A DNA stretch of 63,893 nt, the filler included, from Reticulomyxa filosa (Eukaryota > Protista > Foraminifera), in the NCBI GenBank assembly GCA_000512085.1. It is 20 parts of 20 records of this genome, joined end to end, with 100 filler letters (N's around TTAATTAATTAA, not from the genome) between each part and the next. Parts side by side here need not be neighbours in the genome. Positions count along the whole stretch, not along the records: positions 50,263 to 52,322 come from ASPP01007074.1; positions 52,423 to 53,903 come from ASPP01040453.1; positions 54,004 to 60,257 come from ASPP01002936.1; positions 60,358 to 61,691 come from ASPP01033338.1; positions 61,792 to 62,793 come from ASPP01036351.1; positions 62,894 to 63,893 come from ASPP01042126.1; 14 more parts are not named here. One strand, 5' to 3'. Positions within the stretch are counted from its first letter, which is position 1. Each line of letters begins with the position of its first letter. The notes below the pieces were generated by a model, which worked only from the letters and a program-made list of their open reading frames with translations, searched no databases and was not told the origin of the DNA. Below are positions 51,013 through 63,209 of the stretch, piece after piece. Made by a program: the position numbers and the translations under genes.

Positions 51013-51520
51013 AAGATTTTTAGAATGAAACAAAGATAATAATAATAATAATAATAATAAAACAACAAACCCAATAGTTTCAATTTTTTTCCACACCAAA
51101 TTGAGTGGCAAAGTGATCGTACTTTGCATACAAATAATGAAGCAGCGACACGACGAGAGAAGGATCTAATTTGGAGGACAGTTCGGTGAAGCCCATAAGA
51201 TCGGACTGAAAGACAGTGGCGGATTCGAAGAGTTGCTTTAAAAAGCGGCTATTTTGTTCCAACGACTTGTGCAGCAATTGTTTGGAGATAAACAAGGGCA
51301 GCAAGGTTGCTGTCGATTGTTCCCTCTCTTTTCTCGATTTCGCTATCGCCTCTTGGTACACAATATTTCTTCGCCATTCCTTTTCCTGTTTATACCCAAT
51401 CAGTATACCCACTAAGAGCACTGAAGTGTCGATTAGAAACGTGATGATATCCACTATAATAGTATATGTAATATGTACATATAAACGTAATTGAATAAAT
51501 AAATAAATATATGTACATAT

Positions 51521-51585
<65 letters not shown>

Positions 51586-52120
51586 TAATAAACTTGAATT
51601 ATATTTGGCATAAACATTATCCACCATCAAAGCCAAACAAAGTGAAGAAATGGTAATTTCGAAAAAACGAAATGGGAAAATGCTGAAAGAGAGGATATAA
51701 AATACATTGGCTATAAACCTCGCAAACAGCCGATGGGTTTTGGCATCGATGTAGCTGATGCCTAAGACATGCGTCCAAAACAAAATGTACACAGCGACCA
51801 TAGAGCGATAGAACATTTTATCGACATATTGTTTTTGCTCTTGCACTTGCAAGTGTTGCTGCTGCGGATGCCGCCGTCTCTGCCGTCGTTGATATTGAAC
51901 GATCATGTGAGCAATCCAAATGTGCAAGAGAGCCGCAAAGGCCAGGATCACCTCTATAAGCAAGATTACTATCCAATGTGTCTCAATATGGGCAATCGAA
52001 GCCTTATTCCCTTTGAAGTGACGACTCTCTCCGACGTTGTCATCATGCGGCATTTTGACTCTTATTGTTATCACATTCATTAACAGCAGTGTATTAAATC
52101 CAAATAGCGATATCTGTAAG
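50670..52120 (-). CDS. Membrane-bound class III nucleotide cyclase, internal part
   Basis: TM helices, then TVFQSDLMGFTELS, VEKIETIGDAY (A-run shift near 51085, intron 50955-51070), IRIGI and RFHLFG. Confidence 0.9.
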
Positions 52121-52197
52121 CGATTATAATTGTGTAAATAAGTCGTTAATAATTTCTTTTTATAGATTTCTTCGAGTTTGAATTCTTCTTTCCTTTG

Positions 52198-52228
<31 letters not shown>

Positions 52229-52287
52229 ATTTTTTTTTCATTGATAACTTCTGGTTTCTTATTTAAGCATAAAATAAGTATATATAC

Positions 52288-52319
<32 letters not shown>

Positions 52320-52422
52320 GTANNNNNNNNNNNNNNNNNNNNNNNNNNNNNNNNNNNNNNNNNNNNTTAATTAATTAANNNNNNNNNNNNNNNNNNNNNN
52401 NNNNNNNNNNNNNNNNNNNNNN

Positions 52423-52597
52423 TTAAAAATATCAACAATAAAGAAAATTAGCAAAAAAAAAAATTAATATTTAAAAACTATAAGATTAGTAGATATTTTA
52501 AAAAAAAATTATGTTTAAATCTTTATTTTTCATGGAGAAAATCGATTCTCTTCATATAGTGCCATTTATGTGTTGCAGTTTTTTTTGCAATATACTG
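52423..52597 (-). mobile_element. Tc1/mariner-type terminal repeat copy
   Basis: Reverse strand reads TA|CAGTATATTGCAAAAAAAACTG. Aligns over about 120 bp with 60071-60190. Confidence 0.72.
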
Positions 52598-53818
52598 TAT
52601 ATCAATCAAAAAACAAAGCAAAACAAACATAAAAATTGCTTTAAGCATTTTATTTATTTATTTTAGTTTACGGGCCTTTGTTGGCCTTTTCGTTGGTTCC
52701 TGGCCTTTCGCTGATTTTTGGGCATGTCTAGGAGACATATGCTTCTTGCGTGTTTTTGGCACATAGTCCGAAAATATTTGTTAATGAGATGCCGAACCGT
52801 TATTTAATGATGCATTTTTGCATTTTTGCCACTACCTTTCGCTTCGGCATTTGCACCTGTTGAATTTTTAGTTAGCCAATGACGATGAAGGTTATATGAA
52901 TTTTTTTAAAAAAAATATATATGATAATTGAATAACTGTATAATAAATAATTAGATCCAAATTACCACATCTTGTGCTACGCCCATTTAATTCGATGAAG
53001 GACCTATAATATGTATACATAAATAAAAAAATAGCATAACATAAATAAAATAATAATACCAATACAAATAATAACTATAACCATAATACAAATAACAATA
53101 ATATAATAATAATATACATTGAATGCTTGAAACAAAAAAAACACCACACATTTGGCTCATTTTATAATTACATTAATAATAGCAATAACCAGGATCATTA
53201 TCATATATAAATCACAAATACAATTTGGTATAATAATATATTCGAATTTAATATGCACTTTACAAGTTGTAATAATCCAGTTCTAATTATTTGCAATCCA
53301 AAATATTCAATAATTCGTCCACTTTTGAATGATCAATTATCTGCTTTGAATTTTGCAACGTTTATTGTGCTTTTTGGAGCATCGTATGTGTAGAATACAA
53401 TCACTTTAGCTTTTATATGTCATTGCTAACTACGTTTTCCGCATACTACACTGTACTTGCTTGTTGACAAGCGTTGCTTTCACTCGCGCTTACACTGTCA
53501 CCACAACACATACTTGCGCTGATAGTATTGTTGTCCAAACACTAAGTTTTTTTTGACACATTATTACTTGGTACTGCTGCTTTGTGCGTCATTTTGTCAT
53601 TGACTGCTTATTTGCTGTCCCGCTGCTTCTTTTCGCACTTGCATGCACATTTGCAAGGTGGTTTAGTTCAATCTTTCGTTGCAGCAGTTTTCTTCAAGTC
53701 GACATTCTATTATCATAACAGCATTACGCAAAAACAAACACACAAAGAAAAATATGTTATGTCAAATTATTAGACATTTCTTTTTGTTGTTATTGATCAT
53801 ACTTCACTTTTTTATCTA

Positions 53819-53903
53819 CATTAAGATAAAAAAGAAAGTTGAAACCTAAAATGCCACCTTATAGAGATGATTGTGTTTCTCCATGAAAAAACAACATTTA
53901 ATC
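53819..53903 (+). mobile_element. Diverged terminal repeat copy at contig end
   Basis: TA|CATTAAGATAAAAAGAAAGTTGAAACCTAAAATG..TTTCTCCATGAAAAA. Confidence 0.6.
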
Positions 53904-54029
53904 NNNNNNNNNNNNNNNNNNNNNNNNNNNNNNNNNNNNNNNNNNNNTTAATTAATTAANNNNNNNNNNNNNNNNNNNNNNNNNNNNNNNNNNNNNNNNN
54001 NNNAAAAAAAAAAAGCACACAAAGCACTC

Positions 54030-54901
54030 TGGATTTACTTTATATGTGATTGTTCGTGCGTGTGGTATTTAGTGCTCAGAGACGCACGGCGTATTTTTCG
54101 CAGAGGCGTATCCCCGAGTTTTTCTTCTCTCTTTTTTTCTTTTGTTATCATTTTTTTTCTCGTCCCATTGGCAAAAAAAAAAAAAAAAAAAAAAAAAATT
54201 TGCAAAATTATCGTCTGTTCTTCTTTTATTGTTTCAATTTGCTGACTTCAATAAAACAAGCTACACATCCGCACACACATAAGCAAGAAAAACACTCGCA
54301 GTTCATTACTTGGCTCTATTCGGGGGTCGCCTTGCTTGAAAAAGTGAACAATTTCCACAACCTTGACATCGAATGGTAGGCCCTTGATCTTCAAAATGAA
54401 TCTTGGGGATACACTCGATGTTACCATCACCTGGCTGCTGGGGGCATCCATATCTACATGTGGATTCTTAAACGTTGATAAAATGGTGTTTTTAGGGAGC
54501 ATTTGATACGTGGGTGTTCCACAGCTTGTGAGGTCAGTCAATGGAGCAAGCCCAAAATTTGGCTTGATACAAGACCCTTTCTCTTTTGACGAAAGGTGCA
54601 TTTCAATGTCACGCTCTGAAGCAATTTTTACGTCAATGTAACGTTGCCCGATATAACGCTTATCTTTCAATAATGCCGATTTCACATCTTTTCTGGTTGC
54701 AAATTCCACTAGTGCATGCCCATTGTTTTTCCCATTCTTGTCTACAAGTATTTTCACACGTAACACTTTTTCATCACAAAAAAATGTTTTTATGTCTTTC
54801 TCGTTGCATCCAAACGGAATTCCTGTTATTCGAACTACATTTCTCGACTGTACCACAATAAACTCACCTGATAACAATTTAGATTTGCCTGAAGTCGACA
54901 T
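54030..54901 (-). CDS. hnRNP F/H / ESRP-type quasi-RRM protein
   Basis: VRITGIPFGCNEKDIKTFF..GHALVEF..ALLKDKRYIGQRYIDV, then a second repeat start LKIKGLPF. The 3' structure is uncertain. Confidence 0.85.
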
Positions 54902-56031
54902 TCTATACTTTCCACAAAGACTTTTAGTTGAAGCTTTTTCAATAAAAACTTTTCCCTTTCTCTCTTCCGATTCTCAAAGCTAAAAGATTGCTGATACAAA
55001 AATTGAGATTACCTCTTGAATAGTGAAATTTTTCAATTTTAACAAAACATATCGCGAAATGTTTGAATCTTATTGAGTAATTTTTTGAAATTCCACAACC
55101 GGTAATTCCATCAAAGATGCTGTTGCAAAAAAACTGAAAATTAAAATTCCGCTGTAGGAGAAGCTCCTATAAAGTAAAAGGGGCTGATGAGCCCCCGGTG
55201 GGTTAAACTTTCCCAACTCTTCACAACAACCTTTCTTGTGTTTTTTCCCTTTACTCTTCCGTTATTGTTTTTGCCATTTCTTTATTTATTTAAATTACTT
55301 TGAGTTATTGAAAATCTGCTCGAAAGAGTTTATCACTTTTCGTATTACATTTAGCGCAGTCTCCTTCAGCAGCAACAGCTCTTACACCGCTTTATGAAGA
55401 TCTTCAATTCAAAGATATAACGAATATGACAATGTCTTTTTTAAACTACATCTTTCTTGTTTTTTATTCTTTTTCCTTTATGTTTCAATATTTTTTTCTG
55501 ATAGCACTACACTTTTGCTGAGACGCAAACGCAAAGTTAACGGAATTCATTTTATCAAAGTTTTCCAAAAAAGAAAGGAATTAAATGTTAGAATGTTAGA
55601 ATAAATAACCAAGAAAAACGAGAGAAACAAGAATGGTCGAAGACGAGAAGGAAGGTTTTTGAAAGAATAATCTCCAAGTCTCCTTGGAACGTCGTGGCTG
55701 CCAGGCGCCACATTACATGTTCACGTACAAAAATATTGTTAAATTAATTGTCATTATTTCTCAATCTAATTAAAATTTTTATTATAATATTTGATTTATG
55801 TTATACTGTTTGTTTCAATTACTTTCGAAAGTTAGTAATTATATTGTAATATGCTTAACGACTTTTTTGAAACTATTTATATTCAAAAGAAAATTGAGAA
55901 AAAAAGCGGAAAAACTTGAACAACATGCAATGAAACATCAATACGGTAGGATTTTTGCCGAGAGTGAAGAAAAACCATAAAGATACGGTGTGTTTTAAAG
56001 GAAAAATTTCAAAGAACTTCTCCCTTTTAAA

Positions 56032-57197
56032 ATGGATGTTGATCCCGACAATTCCCAAAAGCAATCTTCGTCTGAGAATAATGATTCCAATAATGTAGAA
56101 TTACTCGCCAATCAATGCAATATAACGGAAGAGAGTTGGCCAGGAAGTTGTAACTTGCGTGTTTGTATAGTACTGATGAGCAATTATTACGTTGCACAAG
56201 GAATTTACCTTTGGAATAGCCCATCACTTTTGTACTTGTCCAATAACTGTGAGGCCTCAAAAGTGCAAATAATTCCATGGATGCATTATAACGGCTATAT
56301 GGCCTTGCAATTGTTGGTAGTGTTGTCTGGCATTTATAGCTTGGCATTTTCAAACGTGCGATCAGCGACATTGCTTGGTCTATCTATTCTCTTACAGTTT
56401 GTACTGCATACGTATTACGTGTTGAGCGATAACATGTTATTACATGACTGGGAATTGACATTATTGCTGCCTTATATATGTTGGACTTATCTGACCTTAT
56501 ACATTGTATACAAATATTCGAATGTTCTAAAAAGTGAAAATAGTATCCAAATAACAACTTCTTCCAATTCAAATAGCAATGCCAACAGTGATATTTCTCA
56601 CACGCAAAGTATGTTTCAATTTGTTTCCCCCTCCCCCTTTCCATCACAATAAAAAGGGGTTCAAAAGAACCTATCATATATATCCGGCTATGTATGTACA
56701 TATATATATGTATGCGTATATGTGCATGTCTTGTTCGATGTTGTTCTGCAGGTAAGAAATGCTTTTGGTGCGTAAATCTTCGGGTTGGTGTCATCATCAT
56801 AGCTTTTATGTGCTTGTGTTTGAGCGGTATGCTATGGTTGTCTTGGTTTGTGTGCCATGCACTCCTCAGGGGTGCTGATAATGTTTACGGGCTTGAAAAT
56901 ATCTTTGACTCCGTGCAGTTTTTGGAAGTGTTGTATGTGATGTTGTTGTTTTATGCTGTCGTACTATGGTTGTGCGGCATGGTTGGTCTCGTTGGTGTTT
57001 TACTGTATCATAGTATGTGTGCATCACTATTTGAGTTTGGCTTGCTTGTTACATCTGCAGTTACCGGATGCTATTTTTATTTTTTGTGGTTCACTCAAAG
57101 TCCGTACTGCATCATCTGGCATTTTGCTTGCTTCCCTACCATTGCTTTATTGTATTTTTCCTTTGAAGTTCACAAATTTGTTCAACTCCTTCGGTAG
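56032..57197 (+). CDS. TspO/MBR-like domain joined to a 4-TM domain
   Basis: LLLPYICW motif and TM spacing. Phase-1 intron 56609-56751 joins to KCFWCVNLRVGVIIIA and four hydrophobic segments. Confidence 0.55.
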
Positions 57198-57818
57198 TTT
57201 CTTTTTCTCAAGTGTTTTTGGTTATCAATACACATTTTTTTATTTCCTTCCTTTGGAACCAGATCTTTTCATTTTTCAGTTTTTGAAGTGTTGCAGTGTT
57301 GCTTTCAAAATATCTCCAGATTAAATTGTTAGACACGATTATTCGAATATAAAATCTTGAATACAACTTCATAATAAATAAAATTAGTACAACGTAAGAC
57401 AATCAAAGCTCTGCTGGGTTTGTAGACACCCCTTGTCCCTAATTCTTCTCCATTTAATCAAGTTTTTTATTGTTTTTCTTTCATACTGATATTAATTTCA
57501 TTTTAATTGGGTTTGTAAAAGAGGTATCACAAGTTAAAGCATTACATATCAAACATTATAAGAAAGAGAACCACTAGCCACGAAACACTAGTAACAACTG
57601 TTGAGAAATTAATTAAATTAAAAATATCACAACTTTACTTAAATAAGGGATTTACCACTTTAAATTTAGAATTGAATGAATGCGTAATAACAAATGGTCA
57701 GAAAAATGTTACATGACAATTACATTCAAGTCAAAGCTCATGAAAACACTAAGTTAACAATTGAAAATTTACAATAAATCGAATTTTGTAACCATTACAA
57801 ATAATTCTTCATGGCTGA

Positions 57819-58564
57819 TCAAATAACTTTCATTTTTTTGAAAAATGTTTTAAAATACTTCATTTGCATACCAAAGACCGAAGTTGACAATAAAACGACT
57901 GCAATCATAAGATAAGTCATCAAATCACTTGTTGCTTCTATTTTTATGATAAGTTCTTTACTTAAAGATAAAATGTAACAACAAAAAATAACTATTGACG
58001 CTTCTCATTTCCCATTCTGCAGATTTTAAATCTCCCATCTCTTCGTAGTTGCTTTGCTGAGTGCAAGTAAATCAGTTATTTGTTGCTGTAATGGTTCAAT
58101 GTGCTCGCTTTTGCTTAAGCCGCCATTTATATTATTTTTATATTTTTGTAAAAGTTGATCTTCAAGAGTAAAGCTTACTACTCCGATTTGCATTCCACTG
58201 TTGGTAAAACATGCATCGTATTCTCCTTCAAGTATTGTGTTAATTGAAAATGTATCTTTTGTTGCTGAGCTTTGATAAACATTTTTTCCATTTGGATCAA
58301 ATATAATTATTTGTACTGTGTTTTCAATGCTTTTCGAAAAAGAAAACGAGCCCATAAATATGTCTCCTTTTTTAAATTCTTCACTATTTATGTTAAATCA
58401 AGTAAGTAACAGCTTTCTTGTTTTTTTTAAAGCACAATAAAAAAACTCTTTGCCAACCTTAAGCATGTGCGCTCACCCCGTTGCAAATTGAATTTAATTC
58501 CAGCGGTCAACGAACATTCATTGATAATCAAGACAACGAATAGTAGTGTATGCACTAAGTTCAT
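57819..58564 (-). CDS. p24/emp24 GOLD-domain cargo receptor (TMED10-like)
   Basis: Signal peptide, GERTC, DPNG..GEYDACFTN, coiled coil, TM helix and tail YFKTFFKKMKVI*. One frameshift near 58045. Confidence 0.85.
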
Positions 58565-59569
58565 GGCAAGAATGTTGCTTTTGAAAAAACGTGTTTAGTT
58601 TTGAGTGTTTTTGGTCGTCATGTGAAGCTCATCACTGAGTGTACAGGCACAGTGCCTTTGAAATTTCAGAAAGTTAAAACAACATATCAATGCGAAAGGC
58701 AAATCACATGATTCAACTAATCTTATATGTACTGACAGGTTGACTTATAGTAGTGTTTTTATGGAAACTAGATGTTCGTGCGATTTCCAAAACATGATTC
58801 AAGTCAAAATATTAAAGGACGTTTAAACAAAAAAAAAGCCACTTGTAAAATATAAGATTATAGCGTTGTATTTCTGTATCATTAGCAATTGTAAAAATAT
58901 TGTGTATCTCAATGTTGAGGGGAAGAATTAGGAACTATCTTTCATTACTTTTCAATTTTAAAATTAAAAATTTAACACGAACAAGATCAGTTCTAAAATG
59001 CAATTGCACAACAATTACGTAATCTAACAACATTTGTTTTCTATTCGATTGCATTGAATTTTAAATCGCAACAATGGTTTGAAATTTTTGCTCTTTTCAG
59101 AAAGCATTTTGGAGAGACAGAAATAAAGAAGATAATCATAATAAAGATGTTACATTTATTTAAATTGTACAATTTTTAAAAATAAAATACATGTTTAAAT
59201 TAATATGCTTATTCAAAAGAAAATATCATCAATTACAAAAAGTAAGTAGTGTTGAAATTAAAATTTCCGGGAGGCGATGTTGTTTTACAAAGAAATCTCA
59301 AAATGATCATCAAGGTAAATATTAACAACAACACACGCAACAAAAGGTTATGACAAGTAACTGAAACAATAATGTGAGTAAAGTAGCAAGAAAAAACATT
59401 AATGCAGTTGCGACAAAAAGGAAACAGTAACGGCAACTTGAAAGCAGTTAATGCGAAAAATAGAAGTGTGAAGACAGTAAAAAAATTCTGAATCGGTTTG
59501 TAGCAAATTTGTTTTTTAAGAAAATAATACAATATTAATATATTATCATTGAACTGAATTGTATTATAT

Positions 59570-59650
59570 AAAGGTATGTACAAAAGTCTGACAAACTAAA
59601 ATGTCACTTTATGAAGATAATCGATTTTCTAGTCAAAAATAAACATTTTT
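59570..59650 (+). repeat. Diverged terminal repeat copy
   Basis: CTAAAATGTCACTTTATGAAGATAATCGATTTTCTAGTCAAAAATAAACATTT matches the core. Confidence 0.6.
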
Positions 59651-60070
59651 TCAAAATTTTTTGAAAAATATTTACGAATATTCAAGTGCTTTTAAAATAC
59701 ATTTCATTTTTTCACACAATTTTTTGTCAATTGCAAATATTTTTATCATTTTCTACAACATTCATATTTTACCTTTTAATTATAATTTTTTTTGCTTTTA
59801 GATATTTTACTTTTTAAAAAATTGTTAAATGTTTTTACTTTCATTTTTATTATTTGTTTTATTTTTTTGTTGTTAGAATGTTTCAACTTATCATGATAAC
59901 TTTGATGTGTGTTTTTTTAAGTGTTATTAACATTTTGATTTTTAATGCTTTTTGGAACTTTTAATTTACATATGCTTTGTCTATGTTAATATTTTTTCAT
60001 TGCTTTTAGATTATAGAATTTTTTAGGATGTTTGAAAAAAATCAAACTTCAAAGAGATGTAATTATTATA

Positions 60071-60257
60071 CAGTATGTTGCAAAGAAAACTGAACGCCTA
60101 AAACATATCTTATGATGATAATTGATTTTCTCAATGAAAAATCAACATTTAGACCTAATTTTTTTTTTAAAATATCTACTTAAATATGATATTGATTTTT
60201 TAATAACTTTTTTTTTTGTTGGATGAAATCAACATTCTTTCAAATGATTTTTGAAAA
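60071..60257 (+). mobile_element. Tc1/mariner-type terminal repeat copy running to contig end
   Basis: TA|CAGTATGTTGCAAAGAAAACTGAACGCCTAAAA..ATGATGATAATTGATTTTCTCAATGAAAAATCAACATTTAGACC. Confidence 0.72.
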
Positions 60258-60553
60258 NNNNNNNNNNNNNNNNNNNNNNNNNNNNNNNNNNNNNNNNNNN
60301 NTTAATTAATTAANNNNNNNNNNNNNNNNNNNNNNNNNNNNNNNNNNNNNNNNNNNNCCAGTACAACTTTCACTTTTGTCTTATCAACCAAATGACATTA
60401 AGCTACTCAATTATGGAAAAGCAGTTTACATTATCAAAAATGATACACAATTTAAAATTTGCAATTTTCTTGAAAAATCAACAATTCCAATGTTTGTAAG
60501 AGATTCATTTTTCTACACAATAAAAATACAAATTAAGATATGACTGTATATTT

Positions 60554-61690
60554 TTAGAAAGGTATTATTACCAAATAGTCCTTCAACAGCAAAGGCAATG
60601 GCTGTTGATATTGTCTTTTCCATTCTTGATATGCACATTGATATGCACTAGCACAATAACTCCATGTCAATGACCGGTGTGGAAAATGTTTTCCTAATTG
60701 GTTGTCGGGGAGATCTTGCTCCAACCAATGACTAAATCGAGAGTTTTCATCTCGTCTAATCTGTCCTTGTTTGTAAGCTACTTCACGCCATGCCTTTAAT
60801 ATATCTTTCATTTTTCCTAATGATTTCCTCTTCACAAAACCTTCAATTTGTGATTGGATTCTATTAGGTAATGCTCGTTGATAAATGTCAAGAACAAATG
60901 GAGTAATCGAACTTTCATTCAAATGTTCCGATTGAACTAAGTTATTTAATTGACGCCACAATACTTCAATATGTTCAACACGTAGTTGATTAATTGTATC
61001 ATTAGCATAACCTCCTTTTGAAAACAAAATCCAATCTTTTTTTTCAAATTGTAAAGTTTCAAATAATTCAGTTAATTCTCTTTTCACTTTGATTTCATTG
61101 ATGTATTGAAATGAATAAACAATGGAATCATTGATCATTTCCAGTGCTCTTTGTTTTTGCAAAGGAGAAGCGGTGGATAAACTTAAGCTGTCCCAAAATG
61201 ATTGAAATTGTGCATATTTGAGATCTTCATATCGCGTTTCAATGGTTGTGATGCAATTATGAATATCGAGATCATTGCGATATTCAAACAAAGGAATAAC
61301 AAATGAGATTTGTTGTCGACCATGAATAAAATTGTGATAGATATCATTTTCAATAGCAGCCAAGTCAAAATATTCCGATATGTCAGATTGACCATAATTT
61401 AATATTGGAGCGCTTCGCCGTTCAATCATTGCATCTAATTTTGCTTCATCAAAATATAAAACATCATGTTGTGTGATATCAAAAAAGTATTTCCAAGTGT
61501 GTTGTGGCAAAGGATCTTCTTTCTTCTCTTCAATCATCTGGATATGTCGAGACTTGGATTGTTCAAACTTTTTCAAGAATTCATTTTGTTGTTGTTCCAA
61601 AAGTCGAATTATTTGATAAATATTGAACCGTGAATTATTTGCATCGGAATCGATGATACACAATCGTTTAATTGGAATATCTTGATAATC
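60554..61690 (-). CDS. RNF213 (mysterin)-like C-terminal region
   Basis: IIRLLEQQQNEFL, YGQ..EYFDLAAIENDIYHNFIHGRQQI..PLFEYR and PFVLDIYQRAL follow the motif order I recall for the RNF213 C-terminus. The frame is open to the contig edge. Confidence 0.6.
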   Translation of the reverse strand, partial: DYQDIPIKRLCIIDSDANNSRFNIYQIIRLLEQQQNEFLKKFEQSKSRHIQMIEEKKEDPLPQHTWKYFFDITQHDVLYFDEAKLDAMIERRSAPILNYGQSDISEYFDLAAIENDIYHNFIHGRQQISFVIPLFEYRNDLDIHNCITTIETRYEDLKYAQFQSFWDSLSLSTASPLQKQRALEMINDSIVYSFQYINEIKVKRELTELFETLQFEKKDWILFSKGGYANDTINQLRVEHIEVLWRQLNNLVQSEHLNESSITPFVLDIYQRALPNRIQSQIEGFVKRKSLGKMKDILKAWREVAYKQGQIRRDENSRFSHWLEQDLPDNQLGKHFPHRSLTWSYCASAYQCAYQEWKRQYQQPLPLLLKDYLVIIPF

Positions 61691-61791
61691 ANNNNNNNNN
61701 NNNNNNNNNNNNNNNNNNNNNNNNNNNNNNNNNNNTTAATTAATTAANNNNNNNNNNNNNNNNNNNNNNNNNNNNNNNNNNNNNNNNNNNN

Positions 61792-61825
<34 letters not shown>

Positions 61826-62534
61826 GTGGGAGGGGGGGAGAGAAAAAAAAAAAAAAGGACAACACTTATACGTACAAAAGCACAAAACATATCCCCTTCA
61901 CTCAAATTTTAACCTTCCTCAAATGGCTTCGTTGCTTCTGTTACCCACACAGTTTTCTATACCAATTGTTCAATAACCTGGTCACTTGTTGCGCTCAACA
62001 AAAAAAAATAGCACAAAAAAAAAAAGTTGAACAAGTTACAATTCTTGTCATTGCGGGCTTGGGCTTTGGTCTTCCCCCCATTGTTGGTCTTGACGGATTT
62101 TGAGTCATTGAAAATGATAAGATATATGTATCTCTCACAATCTCTTTTTGACGACAAATACAGAGAAATTTTCGAAATTTTCTCGGAAACTAAAAAAGCT
62201 GGACTGTGTTTAACCCTAAATTTTAATAAACCGCTTGGAAACAGATTTACTTTGTTATCAAACTTTACTTTTTTGTGATGCTTTTACGCGTTTCAATAAG
62301 GTTCATGGACATACTTTAGAATATAAAGTGGATCGAGAAATCAATTTTAAAAACTGGAAAGAAGGAGACGAATTACAAGAGATATGTCCTCATTTTTACG
62401 AAGTCCAAATAAATAGTAGTAACTTCTTGATAACATACAGTAAACTTTATGTAAACTATTCTGATGTTAAGGAGTTGGCTATATTTATAGCACATTTTTT
62501 TTCATTTACCTTTGCAGACAGTGCTCATAAAGAT

Positions 62535-62793
62535 ATGGCGACGTTATTATCATCTTCATCATCCATAACTGCAAACAAGACAAGTGGTTGTTTTCGCTCA
62601 CTTTATTTCCAAAGCTGTCGTTTATTCGGACGTAAAGCAAGTGCCAAAACGGACCAAAACCAATACAACTACACAAAGCCAAGCGTTCCTTGTATCGATG
62701 TGCATACACATATGTATTTACCACGATATATGGATTTGTTACGATCTCGGTCCTCTGTCCCAAAAATCATAGTGAATGCAAAAAACGGCGAAG
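62535..62793 (+). CDS. Amidohydrolase-2 family decarboxylase (iso-orotate decarboxylase/ACMSD-like), 5' part
   Basis: IDVHTHMYLPRYMDLLRSRSSVP carries the HxH metal motif, after a Ser/Arg-rich leader. Confidence 0.7.
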
Positions 62794-63209
62794 NNNNNNN
62801 NNNNNNNNNNNNNNNNNNNNNNNNNNNNNNNNNNNNNTTAATTAATTAANNNNNNNNNNNNNNNNNNNNNNNNNNNNNNNNNNNNNNNNNNNNAGTTTAT
62901 CTTTTTTTCTTCTTCTTCTTCTTCGTTCCTCGAGTTCACATACCAAAGTTCCATTTCTTTCCAAGGCCGAGGAACAATCAATTGTTTAAAATACAAACTC
63001 TTTTCACCATGGAACTATTGAAGTCAACAGAACTCTTATTTTCTCCTTTTGTCGTTTTATCATCAAAAAAACTTTATCATAAATAAAATGTCAATTATTG
63101 TTCGTCCAGCCTTTCTTTTAGAGTCCTATTCCCACAAATAAAAAATAACCAAAATGAACCAGCCCAATTTTTGATGAAGGGTATTTTCATAAATTATTAA
63201 CTTTCAGAA

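Noticed and set aside
52660-53710. Exon-like minus-strand stretches (also 25842-26460 and 55380-55980)
   Set aside because: They have multiple stops and no recognisable motif, so no gene call can be supported.
52423-53903. Inverted repeat copies at both ends of this contig as the TIRs of one 1.4-kb element
   Set aside because: The TA|CA termini face inward, so the interior is outside both elements. These are two independent insertions.
55150-55260. Hammerhead-ribozyme-like CTGATGA-GCCC..GGGT-TAAAC and nearby hairpins
   Set aside because: The invariant GAAA reads TAAA, and stems I and III cannot both form. A C/D snoRNA reading lacks a convincing D box. An Infernal scan could revisit it.
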